This document shows positions 1-12,501 of a DNA stretch of 64,000 bases, piece by piece. The stretch is from the human T2T-CHM13v2.0 reference genome, Homo sapiens. The stretch is from NCBI RefSeq assembly GCF_009914755.1, contig NC_060925.1; one strand, given 5' to 3'. Position 1 is the first letter of the stretch; every line of letters begins with the position of its first letter. The notes under the pieces are model-generated. The model worked only from the letters and a program-made list of their open reading frames with translations. It searched no databases and was not told where the DNA came from. The translations under genes and the position numbers were made by a program.

Positions 1-1432
1 CAGGTTCAGTGTCACAGCCCATTTGCAAGGGTTGGGACTGGTTCAGCGTGAGGCCCTTGGCCCTGAACCTGGAAGGCTCAGCCCCGTTCCCTGTAAGAAG
101 GGAGGTGGGAGGGGTGGAGAACAGGAGGAGAGGTTGCGGTGTCACTGCCCCAGCCCCCGGGAGGCTGTACCACACTGCTGAAGCTGCTGTACCTGGTGAT
201 GGTGGCAACTGGGAGGACAGTGACACCTGCCAGCACGGCTGATGCCAGGTCTGCATCACAGTGAGACGTCTCCTCTCTAGACATCAGCTGCAGTTGAGGA
301 CCACGTCCTGAAAAGTGGCTTTTCCTGGGGCCAGACTGATTCCTAGATAACAGGACACACTGGACACTGAGCTGGGGCCCTTTCTACGGACCTGTGAGCA
401 GTTGAAAGTGCATCTGCAGAATGCACAGGCCCAAAAGAGGCTTTGAGAGGTATAGGCTTTCAGGGTTCTTAAAGAAAGAAAATATAGTTTCTGAAATTTG
501 GGATTGCCGAGTAGCAGACCCAGTGGGCTCCGGGACAGGATGGAGAGGCCTGGGTGGCGTCCGTGAGGCTGCCTGGCTAGCAGCGGCGCCCAGCACCACT
601 GTCAGATCCCTGGCTGAAACTCTTGTGGCCCTCTTCTTAAGGGTATTTGCTGTTGTCTAGCAAACTCCTCTGCAGCACTCAGATCTGAAGCCATCGCCCT
701 GCAGAGTAAACAGCAGGGGAAGAACCCAGGCCAGCCCCAGCCAGGGCTCTCACAGTCTCCTCTTCCTCTTGAACAACAAGCCAAACAAGTCAAGCAGCAG
801 CATGCGGGGGGAAGGGAGAGGAGAACAACAGCAGCCAGCATTTGCTTCCCCAGGAACCACGACCATAACTGCTGGAACAGGAGAAGTTTTCTAAGGGAAA
901 ACTGGAATGTGGTTTGTGTGTCCTAAGTCTGAGAGCCGGCTGAGAACTAGAGCCCTCCCTGTGAAGACAGTGGGGATCACTGGATTGCAAATGACTTTAA
1001 TCCCCAAGTAAAGCTGGCTCTGAAGCTGGCCACACATACTTATTCTTTTGTACCTATTTTGATTTTTACAGTATTGTGATGAATGACTCCCCGTGCTCAC
1101 CCATTCACACTGAGACATGGGGCATGAGAACATGGCAAATCATGGCTTGATTTTCCCAGGGTCTGTGTCTTCGTGTCCCTAACATCTAGTGAAGGGCTGG
1201 ACACCACACAACAAAAAAATATTTGTTACTGTAGGCTTTGGCGGTTACTCATAAGGACAAAACACTAAACCATAGGCTAGAAGTTAGATTCTGAGTGCAT
1301 TAACTCCTGACACTCCAAGTGGGCCTTTTTACAGAGGGAAAAAAAAAAAAAGAGGCCCAGAGGTTAAGTGGCAGAATGAGGATTTGGAACAAGACAGTCT
1401 AGTCTTACAGTCTACACTAAGGGGACCAAACG

Positions 1433-1646
1433 AAGGGCTGGCAAACTATGATGGTCCAAGGGCCAAATCTGGCCCACTGCATTTTTGTAAGTTTTATTGG
1501 GGCACAGCCACTCTCGTTTATGTACGTAGCAGGCTAAGACTGTTTTTGCACTGAAATGCCAGAGCCGGGGAGCTGCAGCAAACTATATACACAAAGGCAC
1601 AAGGATTTCTTAACTGGTCCTGGACAGAAAAGGGTTGCCAAGCCCT
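1433..1646. mobile_element. MER58-type hAT-Charlie MITE
   Basis: Ends GGGCTGGCAAAC ... GTTGCCAAGCCCTG are inverted; internal ggccaaatctggccc and gttttattgg...cacagcca motifs. Confidence 0.75.
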
Positions 1647-2243
1647 GTTCTAAAGCACTGCACAGCTGACACTACAGTAAACCAACATAACAGTATCAGC
1701 CACAAATGTCAATTCCATGGGCCATTGGAACCGGAAGTATTCTCCGAATAACTACTTAGCTGCCACCAGTTCAGGAGTTCCTTTAACCCCACCCCTGGAC
1801 CTTCCCTGTATGTTCTTAGATGAACCATTCTAACTCCAGAAAAGCAGTAACAGTCCGTCTTGTTTAAGTGACACAAAATCAAACTGCTCCCACATTCACA
1901 CTGTCAGGGCCACTCAGGAAACCTCACGCAGCCAGGGTTTGGTCTTGTGGACCGAAGTAACAGCAACAGCGAAGTTCTGGCCAGAAGAGGGGAGTTGAAA
2001 GCTTCAGGAGAATTGAACATCATTCTTACCCGAGCTAAGGAAGAAATTAAGAAAGTCCTAGATTAAACCACAGGGGCAAACTAACCCCATGTCCTTTTAC
2101 GGCATAAAGAAGCAGCCTGGATGAGGAAGGAGGCCAGCAGAAAGAAGAGAAGTGACAGGCGGAGAGGTGGCACCTTTCTCTATTTCTCAGACTTTCAAGT
2201 GGGGGGAAAAGAGACAAAATACTCAATGCTAACAGTTCTCTGT

Positions 2244-2249
2244 TTTATT
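2244..2249 (-). terminator. Distal polyadenylation signal AATAAA
   Basis: TTTATT on +; minus-strand downstream sequence is U/GU-rich (agtattttgtctcttttt). Confidence 0.8.
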
Positions 2250-4272
2250 GCAATACAGCAAAGTCTGGTTAATATTAAGTGATATCAACATAAAGTATTG
2301 GTGAGGAGTCTTTTGTGACATTTTTTACCATCCCACCTTAAATATTTCTGTGCAAAAGAATCCACATCATTGTTTGGTAGCAGAGGATCTCTTAAAAAGT
2401 TCCCTAAGACACTGAGGGCATAAAACCAAACAAAATAAAATAAGGAGTGATAGGCTAAAGCAGTATCTTCCCCTCCATCCACATTTGTCAGCATTATATT
2501 CTAACCAAAAAATGATCACACCAGGCCATGCAAAACTGTACAATATTACGAGAAAAACCCTAAAAAATTTATAAAATGAATGATATTACACTATCAAATA
2601 AAAAGACAAGTCATTTTGTTTTCATGAGATTTCAAGGTTGATTTGAGTCAGCTTCCCCCGGAACTGCACGGTGTCCTGTGTGGGGAGGGCCCAGCGTGCT
2701 GCCAGTGCTGGGGGGCAGGGCTTACACTCCTTATCTAGCAGAAGTGCACAGAGAACTCTGGACTTGAGTAACAAAGTCATAAGGAAAGAGATTTTAAAAT
2801 GGGCTCCATGAAATGCAGCTCATCTAGTTCAGGGCTGGGCCAGAGAGACGGGGGAGTGGAGTGCCCAATTCATTCCCTGTTGTGCTCACCAGACATGGGC
2901 TACGGCAAAGTCTGCTCTGAGCGCCCCTCTGTCTAGATTGGATGGGGAGCCTTAGGCTTGGCAAGGCCTACCTGCTGGGAGACTGCAGTGGTTGTGATCC
3001 CGGCCAAAGGCGGCAAATGGCCCTGCTGCGTCTGTGGTTTTGACCTCTGCTCACCCCTGCTCTGGCTTTTCCTTAATGATACCTGAGATGCCACATAAAT
3101 GTAACCAGTCTTTCTCAGAAATAGACGTGGCCACTAAGTAACAAAATGACATAATTCTAACCTATGGAAGGAGAGAGAGGCTGAGAGCTAGCCAGGAATG
3201 ATAGATTGTTGCTGTAAACATGACAGGAATTTCAGATTCTCCCCTGAAATGTGAGTACAATAATTGGCTGGAAAACCAAATAGATGGGCTCCTTTTAGTT
3301 GTATCTCATAGCCTTAAAGCTGTGCTCCCTAGGAAATAACAGAAATCACTAAGTGTGTTGGGGATGTGTATAAATACATACATAATAACAAAAAATGTAA
3401 GATCTACTTTAGCAATCATTTGACAAGAAGCAAGACTTTTGTTTTTGGCAAAAAGAATATATATGTATGTAATTTTAAATACCCAAAGCACAAACATGAT
3501 TAGTCAGAATTTGAGGGTAGATAACTTGGCTGGACATAGATAGCACCAAATACTAACACAGATAGACTATCCCAGAAATGCCTCTGAATGTATTTTTTCT
3601 ATTGAGAAACAGGTTTCTGCTGCCATATACGTTTTTAAAATGTCCTGCATGAAAACAAAAGAAAACTTCAGATAGTAATAAAATACTTTATCTGTGAGCT
3701 GTGCTACTGACTCCTCTGAATGGTCATTATGTTTTCTTTGCCTAGAACCCACTCCCTGTCTTTTCACATCATTCTTCTCAGAAGCTTCTGGAGGTAACAG
3801 GCTTCATATTTAAGGGTGGGATAAACCCAGTAGGATGACCGTTATTTTGGGAAAACCCTCCCCAAAACTATTCCCCCTGGCAGTGTTTCTCTCCTAAAGC
3901 CCTGCTTTTAGAATCTGCACGCATTCGGGACTGCTCTATTATGACTGATGAGATTACTTGCCATTGCAGTGGAAAAATCAAAGAGTGCCATGGTGCAATC
4001 CATGGGGTGAATATGGACAAGTCGCCCAGTTAGCCTGGCAACCTAGACAAGCCTCAGTAGCTCTCTCTCTCTGCCCTGTTGGGAGGCTGAAGAGTATGAC
4101 CCATAGCAGTGGAGCTAGACTTTAGGTAGGGTTATTATTTTGATCTTAAAAGCATCCTTTGCAAAATAAGCACCTATAAGCAACAAAAATTCATAATTAC
4201 TTGTCAAAGCTACAAACTAATGGCTTATGTCAAGTCCTGTTAATCTCGGCTTGGGATGGCCTCCTCCCTGCC

Positions 4273-4457
4273 TGAGAAGAGAAGGGAGAGAGGAGAAGGC
4301 AAGGGGAAAGGGAAGAGGAGGATGGGGAGGGTGGGGATGGGGAGGGTGGGAAGAGTGAGGAGGAGAGGAGGGGAGGGTGGGGAGAGTGAGGAGGGTGGGG
4401 AGAGTGAGGAGGGTGGGGAGAGTGGGGAGGAGAGGAGAGAAGGGTGGACAGAAGGGG
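4273..4457. repeat. Polypurine (+) low-complexity tract with ~3 copies of 18-mer GAGGGTGGGGAGAGTGAG
   Basis: Direct reading; units at ~4373, 4391, 4409. Confidence 0.9.
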
Positions 4458-6632
4458 TGCGAGCTGGTCACGAGCACCAAGCAGGGGGCCGGCTGGCTGA
4501 CTCCCTTCTCTCACGTGAGGTGCTGAGGACAAGGATCTACCAAGTCATATGACAATGATCCAACTAAAGGGCCAACCCTTGGTATTCAGGTGAGAAAAGT
4601 ATTTTTATACTTCATTCTAAAAAGCAGAAAGATTTGGGAGATTAGAACTGTGCTGTGAATTACACCCATCCAAAATAAAATATAATCAAATCTGAGCTGG
4701 CACCAAACTCAGAATGTTTAAATGTCAAAGCTGTTACATGAAAATTCCCGATTATAGGTGCTTACAATGGAATCCCCAGCAGGATCCTTTCTTCCCTCAC
4801 TGCATCTCAGAACCTTCTCCACACAGCAGCATCACCTGGAAACAGCCTCAGCTCCCTGCACATGCCGCAGGCCAGCATGGTGGCCACCTCAGTGACACGC
4901 AGGTCACCTCAGTGACACAGACGTGGAGTCACAGACAGCAGCAGTGAAATGATGGCCTTAAACACTGCAACTCAGGTTAGCAACTGCAGGAAAACTTTCT
5001 TCATTTTCACTGAATTTTAAAGAGAGAATCCTGTCTCTATTTCTCAGAGAAACTTAGGTGAAAAGTAAAAGAGAGGCAAAATCTCTTTCCTTCATGAGAT
5101 ACTTTTATTTTTATCTCTTTCTCTACTCATGTGCTTAACTGGTGAAATGATTCTGTAGAAATAGATCCTTCTGATTCTGCATCTCATTTCCTTATGGCAA
5201 CTACAACAGGAGGAATCCAGCTGGAAATGCCACTAACCCCACAATCCAGCACCTGAGAGAGGAAGCCAGTCGGAGCGCCGTGCTGGGCTCACTCACTCTG
5301 GCCTGCGCACTGGGGTTGTCACATCCATTTTCCACTGGCTATGGGGAATAATATTTGGTTAAGGCTGTTGAAGCCCTTGCTTTTGAGGTTTTACATTATT
5401 TGGTAATGAAAGCCGTTTTTTCTTCCTTCCCCAGGCTTATGTGAAGAAGCCCACGCCCACTCTCAACAAAACAGACTCCTCCTTGGGAAGCATCTCCAGC
5501 CCTGGGACAGACACCTCGCTGTGACTTAGGGAGGGACAGGATTAGCCCAGGAATAAAAGCATTTTTAGAAATTGTTTTCTGCACCTTCAGAAGCTACAAC
5601 ACTCCTTGTAACCTTTCAGATGGAAGGGATCAGAGGTGACAGAATCGTGTATTTCTACATTTATCTGCGGAAGATAAAATACAATAAAAAGTGAGAAGTG
5701 TTCAAATTCCACCACTAGGAAAAGAAACATCTTGGGTAGAGATGAGTTCGCCTTTTGCTGCTGCTGCTGAAGTGGCTTCAAATGTTAAAGCTCTGGTGCC
5801 CAGGGCATGCCCCAAACCAGCAAAACCTGGCTCTGCAAGTGTTTTCTACAGCTCCCCAGGTGACTAGAGCCTATGACCAGTTTGAGGACAGGGCAATAAA
5901 GGGAACTCTGATTTCTCTCGCTCTCTCTCTACAAATGTGAGCTTGAGGCCTTTCCACCCTTTACATTACATTACAGACAAGAAACAACATATTTCTTTAA
6001 ATTAAATCATCTCTCTTATATATGCATCCATCTTTTGTTGAATACAAGAGGCTCCTTTTAAATATATACATTCAGTACTTCTACATTTATGTATTCATTT
6101 AAACTCTGTACTGTAGTAAAATATGCATTGTTTTAATTCATAAGGATTTCCTGGCAACAATCAGGTTGATACTCACTGCGTTTGCTGATTAAGAGCTTAG
6201 TGAGCCACTCCAGGGACCAATTCTCCCTTCTGGATGCGGAGAAGCCCATGAGCTATTTTAGGACTATAATGAGACTCTACTGTGAAAGCAAAATCTGTCT
6301 AATCTTATTCTTATCACTTACATTTGTGTAATCTGTCTATTTAAGCTACCTTTGGGAGTAGGGGTAAAATGTTACTGAAAGCAACTCTAAGTGCATGGAA
6401 TGAAATCAACGTTAATCTAAGCTGCTACGGAAAGTCTGTCTTTGTTGTTGCTGTTAGGCTGGGGGCGTGGATCTGAGAGTCGTGTCGTCAGAACTCCTGA
6501 ATCCCTGTCCTGCTACTGCTGCCAGCCCCTGGTGGCTTTCAGGCCGAGCAGGCGAGGTGGAGGGAAGAGATGAAAGTGAGAGGAGGCGAGTGGCAGGGAG
6601 CGGAGAGCGAGAGGTCCCAGTGCTGAGGCAGC

Positions 6633-6764
6633 TCACGGGTCCCAGCTCCCGCGGTCAGTGCTCTCCAGGGAGAGGCTCTTGGTTTTTCGGGGTGAAGCTG
6701 GGCTTGGGGGGCTGCTTAGGTTGGAACTGTTGGAAGCTGTGGAATGCCTCGGAGAGTCAGAGTC
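6633..6764 (-). CDS. CDC42BPA: CDC42BPA last coding segment: DSDSPRHSTASNSSNLSSPPSPASPRKTKSLSLESTDRGSWDP*
   Basis: ttacag|GAC acceptor; TGA at 6635-6633. Confidence 0.97.
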   Translation of the reverse strand, partial: DSDSPRHSTASNSSNLSSPPSPASPRKTKSLSLESTDRGSWDP

Positions 6765-7187
6765 CTGTAAGGCCCAAAGTAAAACATTAATGAGAAGGAG
6801 GGGGAGAAAGGGAGGCAGAAGGGGCTCAGATTACCACCGCCCCCTCCAGCCACCCTGACCAAATAACCCCATGGGGCGGCCTCACTGTCGGTATAAAGCC
6901 CCTTCTATGAGCTGAGGAAGAGGCACGGAACATACAAGCTCCGTCCTTTCTGTAGGCCTTTACAGATGATGGTATTTTCACACAAAAGCCAGAAGTCTGA
7001 ATGCCTCTGGGAAAACTGCAGTTTGCAGCCCGAGTGACTGGCCTAGCTGCCCGCTGGCCAAGAGTGAATGCTGGCCCCTGACCCCGAACCCTGCTGCAGC
7101 TGAGGCCAATCCCAAGGTGGTGGGATTGCCTGGGAAGATGCCCTAGTCTTTCTGATACATGACGTCTCCGGAACCCTGCCCACTCAC

Positions 7188-7345
7188 CTCTCCGTCAAAG
7201 TCCCTCGCTGGGGCATCACTTCCTTGGTCCATGCCTCCAGAGGACAAAGAGCCCTCTGACGGGGAGGGCATGGGCTGCCGCTTGGCACTGTAGCTTCCTC
7301 CAGAGAATTCCCTCTTTAATGCGCTGCCATTCTGTGCGGATGACC
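7188..7345 (-). CDS. CDC42BPA: CDC42BPA penultimate exon (158 nt): (R)SSAQNGSALKREFSGGSYSAKRQPMPSPSEGSLSSGGMDQGSDAPARDFDGE
   Basis: tgtag|GG acceptor, GAG|GTGAGT donor. Confidence 0.96.
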
Positions 7346-8662
7346 CTACAGTACATCATGCAGGCAAAATTTTACATATGCAGAGGGGACAATACTCTAG
7401 AAAGCACACAGACTGCTGAGCTGACAGGCCATCCTTTGCAGGCCCCAGACCACTCCTCCCCTGAAGCGCAGTAAGTCCAACTGTAGTACCTTTGCCCTGA
7501 GCTCAACCCCGAATCCAGCAATCTCACTCGCTGTTCCTGTCCACCCCAGCCACGGGGACTCCCGGTGAGCGAGCACTCTCTAGGCTGTGCCATCTGCCCC
7601 AATGCCCTGCTTGTTAACAATTCCCCAGAATCCCTCAAGTCTCCACCTGCCTGGTGCTGCCTTGCACATCTTTCCCAGCCACTGACGGCTCCCAGCCATC
7701 TTTCACACATCTCTTTCATGGCATTTATGAAGTCATGTTATCATCATGTGCCTGTCATTCTCCCAATAGATGAGGTGTCTTTGCCTCTCCAGGGCCTAGC
7801 ACAGAACATGGCACACGGCAGGCTCAAAACAGATGCGCTAAATGAGGAAGCTCGGTTGTACCATCCCGAGAGAGGCCATGCCACTCAATGAAGAAATATC
7901 GCTTATCTTCTAGAAAATTTTCATAAAACCATAAAGAAAACATAAAAGTACTTTTACTTCACAGGGCAAAGAGCCTGAGATGTAAAATAAAAGTGAGGTT
8001 TTCTTCAAACTCACTCTCTATTTTGTTCTCAGAGTTGGGGTAGGTAACAGTGGACCAGCAGCATTCACAGGAAGAAAAGGGAAGACCCAGAACACCCTGG
8101 GGAATCTCGGGGCTATTGTCAGTACCTATTTAAAGCTCTTAGCATTCCCTACTATGACAAGGTTTTTGCTTAAACATGCCTTCATCGTGCTGAGTTTCAG
8201 TATTAGGATGATTGGTCCAAAAGACTGTGTTGAGGTTTTAGCACAACTCTAAGGTACAGGTTGTGCTTGTTTCAACTTTTTGCGGGTTTAACATGTCTCA
8301 ATTGTTTTTCACATTAAGAATTCAGTGAAAAATGTCAAAAAATGATAGTTTAAAGCAGCACATTTATCTAATGACCACCAAAATACACAAGCGTTCATAA
8401 ATAAACTGAACAAGAGCCTGCCTGGGCAGACTCTGTCCTTGGTAATCCCCCTTCCACCTCCCTTCCTCAGCTTCTTTGCGAAGCCCCTGGGCTGCAGTCA
8501 CAGGCTCGCTGGCATTTCCTCGACACTGGAACTGACTGACTGCAGATCAGCAACACTGGTGGTTTACTGTTTAGCGTATGATGGAGCTTGACAAACACCA
8601 ATGCCCAGCCCTATCCCAGAACAATTTGCAGAGTTTCTGACTTAACTTTAAAAGTCCTCCTG

Positions 8663-10338
8663 TCATTTTTGCACATTGATTTTGTAACCTGAGACTTTGC
8701 TGAAGTTGCTTGTCAGCTTAAGGAGATTTTGGACTGAGATGAAGGGGTTTTCTAATACAATCATGTCACCTGCAGACAGAGACAATTTGACTTCCTCTCT
8801 TCCTATCTGAATACCCTTTATTTCCTTCTCTTGTCTGGTTGCCCTGGCCAGAACTTCCAATACTATGTTGAATAGGAGTGGTGAGAGAGGGCATCCTTGT
8901 CTGGTTGCAGTTTTCAAAGGGAATGCTTCCAGCTTTTGCCCATTCGGTATGATATTGGCTGTGGGTTTGTCATAAATAGCTATTATTTTGAGATACGTTC
9001 CATCAATACCTAGTTTATTGAGTTTTTAGTATAAAGGTGTTGAATTTTATCAAAGGCCTTTTCTGCATCTATTGAGATAATCATGTGGTTTTTGTCACTG
9101 GTTCTGTTTATGTGATGGATTACGTTTATTGACTTGCGTATGTGGAACCAGTCTTGCATCTCAGGGATGAAGCCGACTTGATCGTGGTGGATAAGCTTTT
9201 TGATGTGCTGCTGGAATGTTTGCTAGTATTTAATTGAGGATTTTCGCATCAATGTTCATCAGGGATATTGGCTTGAAATTTTCTTTTTTTGCTGTGTCTT
9301 TGCTAGGTTTTGGTATCAGGATGATGCTGGCCTCATAAAATGAGTTAGGGAGGAGTCCCTCTTTTTCTATTGTTTGGAATAGTTTCAGAAGGAATGGTAT
9401 CAGCTCCTCTTTGTACCTCTGGTAGAATTCGGCTGTGAATCTGCCTGGTCCTGCCTTTTTTTAGCTGGTAGGCTATTAATTACTGCCTCAATTTCAGAAC
9501 TTGTTATTGGTATATTCAGGGATTCAACTTCTTCCTGGTTTAGACTTGGGAAGGTGTATGTGTCCAGGAATTTATCCATTTCTTCTAGATTTTCTATTTT
9601 ATTTCTGTAGAGGTGTTTATAGTATTCTTTGATGGTAGTTTCTATTTCTGTGGGATCAGTGGTGATCTCCCCTTTATCATTTTTTTATTATGTCTATTTG
9701 ATTCTTCTCTCTTTTCTTATTAGTCTGGCTAGCGGCCTATTTTGTTAATCTTTTCAAAAAACCAGCTCCTGGAATCACTGATTTTTTGAAGGGTTTTTCG
9801 TGTCTCTATCTCCTTCAGTTCTGCTCTGATCTTAGTTATTTCTTGTCTTATGCTAGCTTTTGAATGTGTTTGCTCTTGCTTCTCTAGTTCTTTTAATTGT
9901 GATGTTAGGGTGTCGATTTTAGATCTTTCCCGCTTTCTCCTGTGGGCATTTAGTGCTATAAATTTCCCTCTAAACATTGCTTTAGCTGTGTCTCAAGAGA
10001 TTCTGGTATGTTGTGTCTTTGTTCTCATTGGTCTTAAAGAACTTATTTATTTCTGCCTTCATTTCGTTATTTACCCAGTAGTCATTCAAGAGCAGGTTGT
10101 TCAGTTTCCAAGTAGTTGTGCGGTTTTGAGTGAGTTTCTTAATCCTGAGTTCTAATTTGATTGCACTGTGGTCTGAGAGACTTATAATTTCCATTCCTTT
10201 GCATTTGGTGAGGAGTGTTTTACTTCCAATTATGTGGTCAGTTTTAGAATAAGTGTGATGTGGTGCTGAGAAGAATGTATATTCCGTGGATTTGGGGTGG
10301 AGAGTTCTGTAGGTGTGTATTAGGTCCGCTTGAACCAG
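8663..10338 (-). mobile_element. L1PA 5' inverted segment (ORF2 endonuclease-RT region, decayed)
   Basis: ORF2 peptides [39 protein letters not shown] on the minus strand. Confidence 0.95.
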
Positions 10339-11494
10339 TGTGCAAAAATCACAAGCATTCCTACACACCAATAATAGAGAGCCAAATCATGAGTGAACTC
10401 CCATTACAATTGCTACAAACAGAATAAAATACCTAGGAATCCAACTTACAAGGGATGTGAAGGACCTCTTCAAGGAAAACTACAAACCACTGGTCAAGGA
10501 AACAAGAGAGGACACAAACAAATGGAAAAACATTCCATGCTTATGGATAGGAAGAATCAATATCATGAAAATGGCCATAATGCCCAAAGTAATTTATAGA
10601 TTTAATGTTATCCCCATCAAGCTACCAATGATTTTCTTCACAGAATTAGAAAAAACTACTTTAAATTTCATATGGAACCAAAAAATAGCCTGTATAGCCA
10701 AGACAATCCTAAGCAAAAAGAACAAAGCTGGAGGCATGATACTACCTGATTTCAAACTATACTACAAGGCTACAGTAACCAAAACAACAAGGTACTGGTA
10801 CCAAAACAGAGATATAGACCAATGGAACACAATAGAGGCCTCAGAAGTAATGCCACGTATCTACAACCATCTGATCTTTGACAAACCTGACAAAAACAAG
10901 CAACGGGGAAAGGATTCCCTATTTAATAAATGGTGTTGGGAAAACTGGCTAGCCATATGCAGAAAACTGAAATTGGACCCCTTCCTTACACCTTATGCAA
11001 AAATTAACTCAAGATGGATTAAAGATTTAAACATAAGATCTAAAACCATAAAAATCCTAGAAGAAAACCTAGGCAATACCATCGAGGACACAGGCATGGG
11101 CAAGGACTTCATGACTACAACACCAAAAGCAATGGCAACAAAAGCCAAAATTGGCAAATGGGATCTAATTAAACTAAAGAGCTTCTGCACAGCAAAAGAA
11201 ACTACCATCAGAGAGAACAGGCAACCTACAGAATGGGAGAAAAGTTTTGCCATCTATCCATCTGACAAAGGGCTAATATCCAGAATCTACAAGGAACTTA
11301 AACAAATTTACAAGAAAAAAAACCAACCCCATCAAAAAGTGGGTGAAGAATATGAACAGACACTTCTCAAAAGAAGACATTTATGCGGCCAAGAAACATA
11401 CAAAAAAAAGCTCATCATCACTGGTCATTAGAGAAATGCAAATCAAAACCACAATGAGATAGCATCTCATGCCAGTTAGAATGGTGATCATTAA

Positions 11495-11840
<346 letters not shown>

Positions 11841-12457
11841 TAGGAATGCTTTTACACTGTTGGTGGGAGTATAAGTTAGTTCAACCATTGTGGAAGACAG
11901 TGTGGCGATTCCTCAAGGATCTAGAACCAGAAATACCATTTGACCCAGCAATCCCATTATTGGGTATATACTCAAAGGATTATAAATCATTCTACTATAA
12001 AGACACATGCACACGTATGTTTATTGCAGCACTATTCACCATAGCAAAGATTTGGAACCAACCCAAATACCCATCAATGATAGACTGGATAAAGAAAATG
12101 TGGCACATATACACCATGGAATACTATGCAACCATAAAAAAGGATGAGTTCATGTCCTTTACAGGGACATGGATGAAGCTGGAAACAATCATTCTCAGCA
12201 AACTAACACAGGAACAGAAAACCAAACACCGCATGTTCTCATTCATAAGTGGGAGTTGAACAATGAGAATACCCAGACACAGGGAGGGGAATATCACACA
12301 CTGGGGCCTGTTGGGGGGTGGGGGGTTAGGGGAGGGATAGCATTAAGAGAAATACCTAATGTAGATGACGGGTTGATGGGTGCAGCAAACTACCATGGCA
12401 CATGTATACCTATGTAACAAACCTGCATGTTCTACACATGTATCCCAGAACTTAAAG

Positions 12458-12458
<1 letters not shown>

Positions 12459-12500
<42 letters not shown>
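12459..12500 (+). repeat. (AAT)n microsatellite from the L1 tail
   Basis: About 14 units. Confidence 0.95.

Positions 12501-12501
<1 letters not shown>

Larger units (their letters stand above)
2225..6632 (-). other. CDC42BPA: CDC42BPA 3'UTR (~4.4 kb)
   Basis: Follows the stop codon; lacks Alu/L1; AU-rich blocks; ends after AATAAA; cleavage site approximate. Confidence 0.8.

Noticed and set aside
1-2200. Short ORFs and a possible COQ8A 3' end in the GC-richer start of the window
   Set aside because: COQ8A is known to converge on CDC42BPA nearby, but I recognise no COQ8A sequence here; the ORFs resemble no protein I know
2915-2937. CTCF-like AGGGGCGC core
   Set aside because: The 5' half of the motif matches poorly
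4217-4552. Pro/His- and Gly/Glu-rich ORFs
   Set aside because: Translations of the low-complexity UTR tract
6454-6858. Overlapping ORFs around the stop codon; possible readthrough
   Set aside because: Antisense or GC-rich shadows of the last exon; TGA-GCT is not the TGA-CTAG readthrough context
10457-11431. 324-aa ORF, the longest in the window
   Set aside because: Fragment of L1 ORF2 in a truncated, inverted, Alu-interrupted copy; not an independent gene
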